From Octopus sinensis (lineage: Eukaryota), in assembly GCF_006345805.1 (NCBI RefSeq), contig NW_021833449.1, positions 1-64,000 on the forward strand: DNA of 64,000 bases, read 5' to 3'. Below are positions 63,681-64,000 of this stretch, one piece after another; positions within the stretch are counted from its first letter, which is position 1, and each line of letters opens with the position of its first letter. The notes under the pieces are model-generated. The model did not search any database. It worked only from the letters and a program-made list of their open reading frames with translations, and was not told the origin of the DNA. Made by a program: the position numbers and the translations under genes.

Positions 63681-64000
63681 TAGCACCCCATCGTTCTCTA
63701 CCGCTTTCTCTATGTCTCTGTGTGTGTGTGTGTGTGTGTGTGTTTATATGCATGAATGTATGTATATATGTATGTATAAATAAATCAGGTAATCGTTGCA
63801 AGCCTCAATAGGAAAAGAAGGAGAGCTAATACTACAGAATAAGCAAATTCAGTTATATAGTTTTCTTATAACATGGTCAGATGTTACGACATTTGTCTCA
63901 GCAGAGAAGACATACAGTTGCCTGACGAGAGATATGAGACATATATTTGTCTACGCTGGAGAGAAATTCTACAAACAATTAAATATAAAATTACACCTTT

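Overview
This window is AT-rich animal DNA dominated by microsatellites ((TA)n, (GATA)n, (TATG)n, (TAA)n, (GGT)n, (GAT)n, (GA)n) and tRNA-derived SINEs. The repeat families look like those of octopus (coleoid cephalopod) genomes; this is an inference from recognition, with no database search. I can support no intact host protein-coding gene, and almost all long ORFs in the track are microsatellite or SINE artefacts. The recognisable coding relics are a ~3.8-kb Tx1/L1-clade LINE (APE, RT and C-terminal zinc knuckle, frameshifted, 5242-9062, minus), an R4/Dong-type RT fragment (~38000-39310), three RTE-type 3' ends and a decayed mariner transposase (49453-50446). The main signals are these. (1) A well-formed Penelope-type minimal hammerhead ribozyme with an unusually long helix II at 13492-13623, plus degenerate hammerhead relics from a second family. 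(2) A candidate LINE-SINE partnership. The Tx1 LINE sits inside (GATA)n repeats and shares a 3' stem-loop plus AATAAAGAAA end with a SINE. That SINE forms head-less 184-bp concatemers with identical boundaries at three separate loci. (3) A CpG-rich island with NRF1 and ETS motifs at ~56000, a likely promoter, with a candidate SINE-donated 30-nt microexon downstream. (4) Several pre-miRNA-sized hairpins and small TIR elements. All coordinates and alignments were read by eye and may be off by a few bases.
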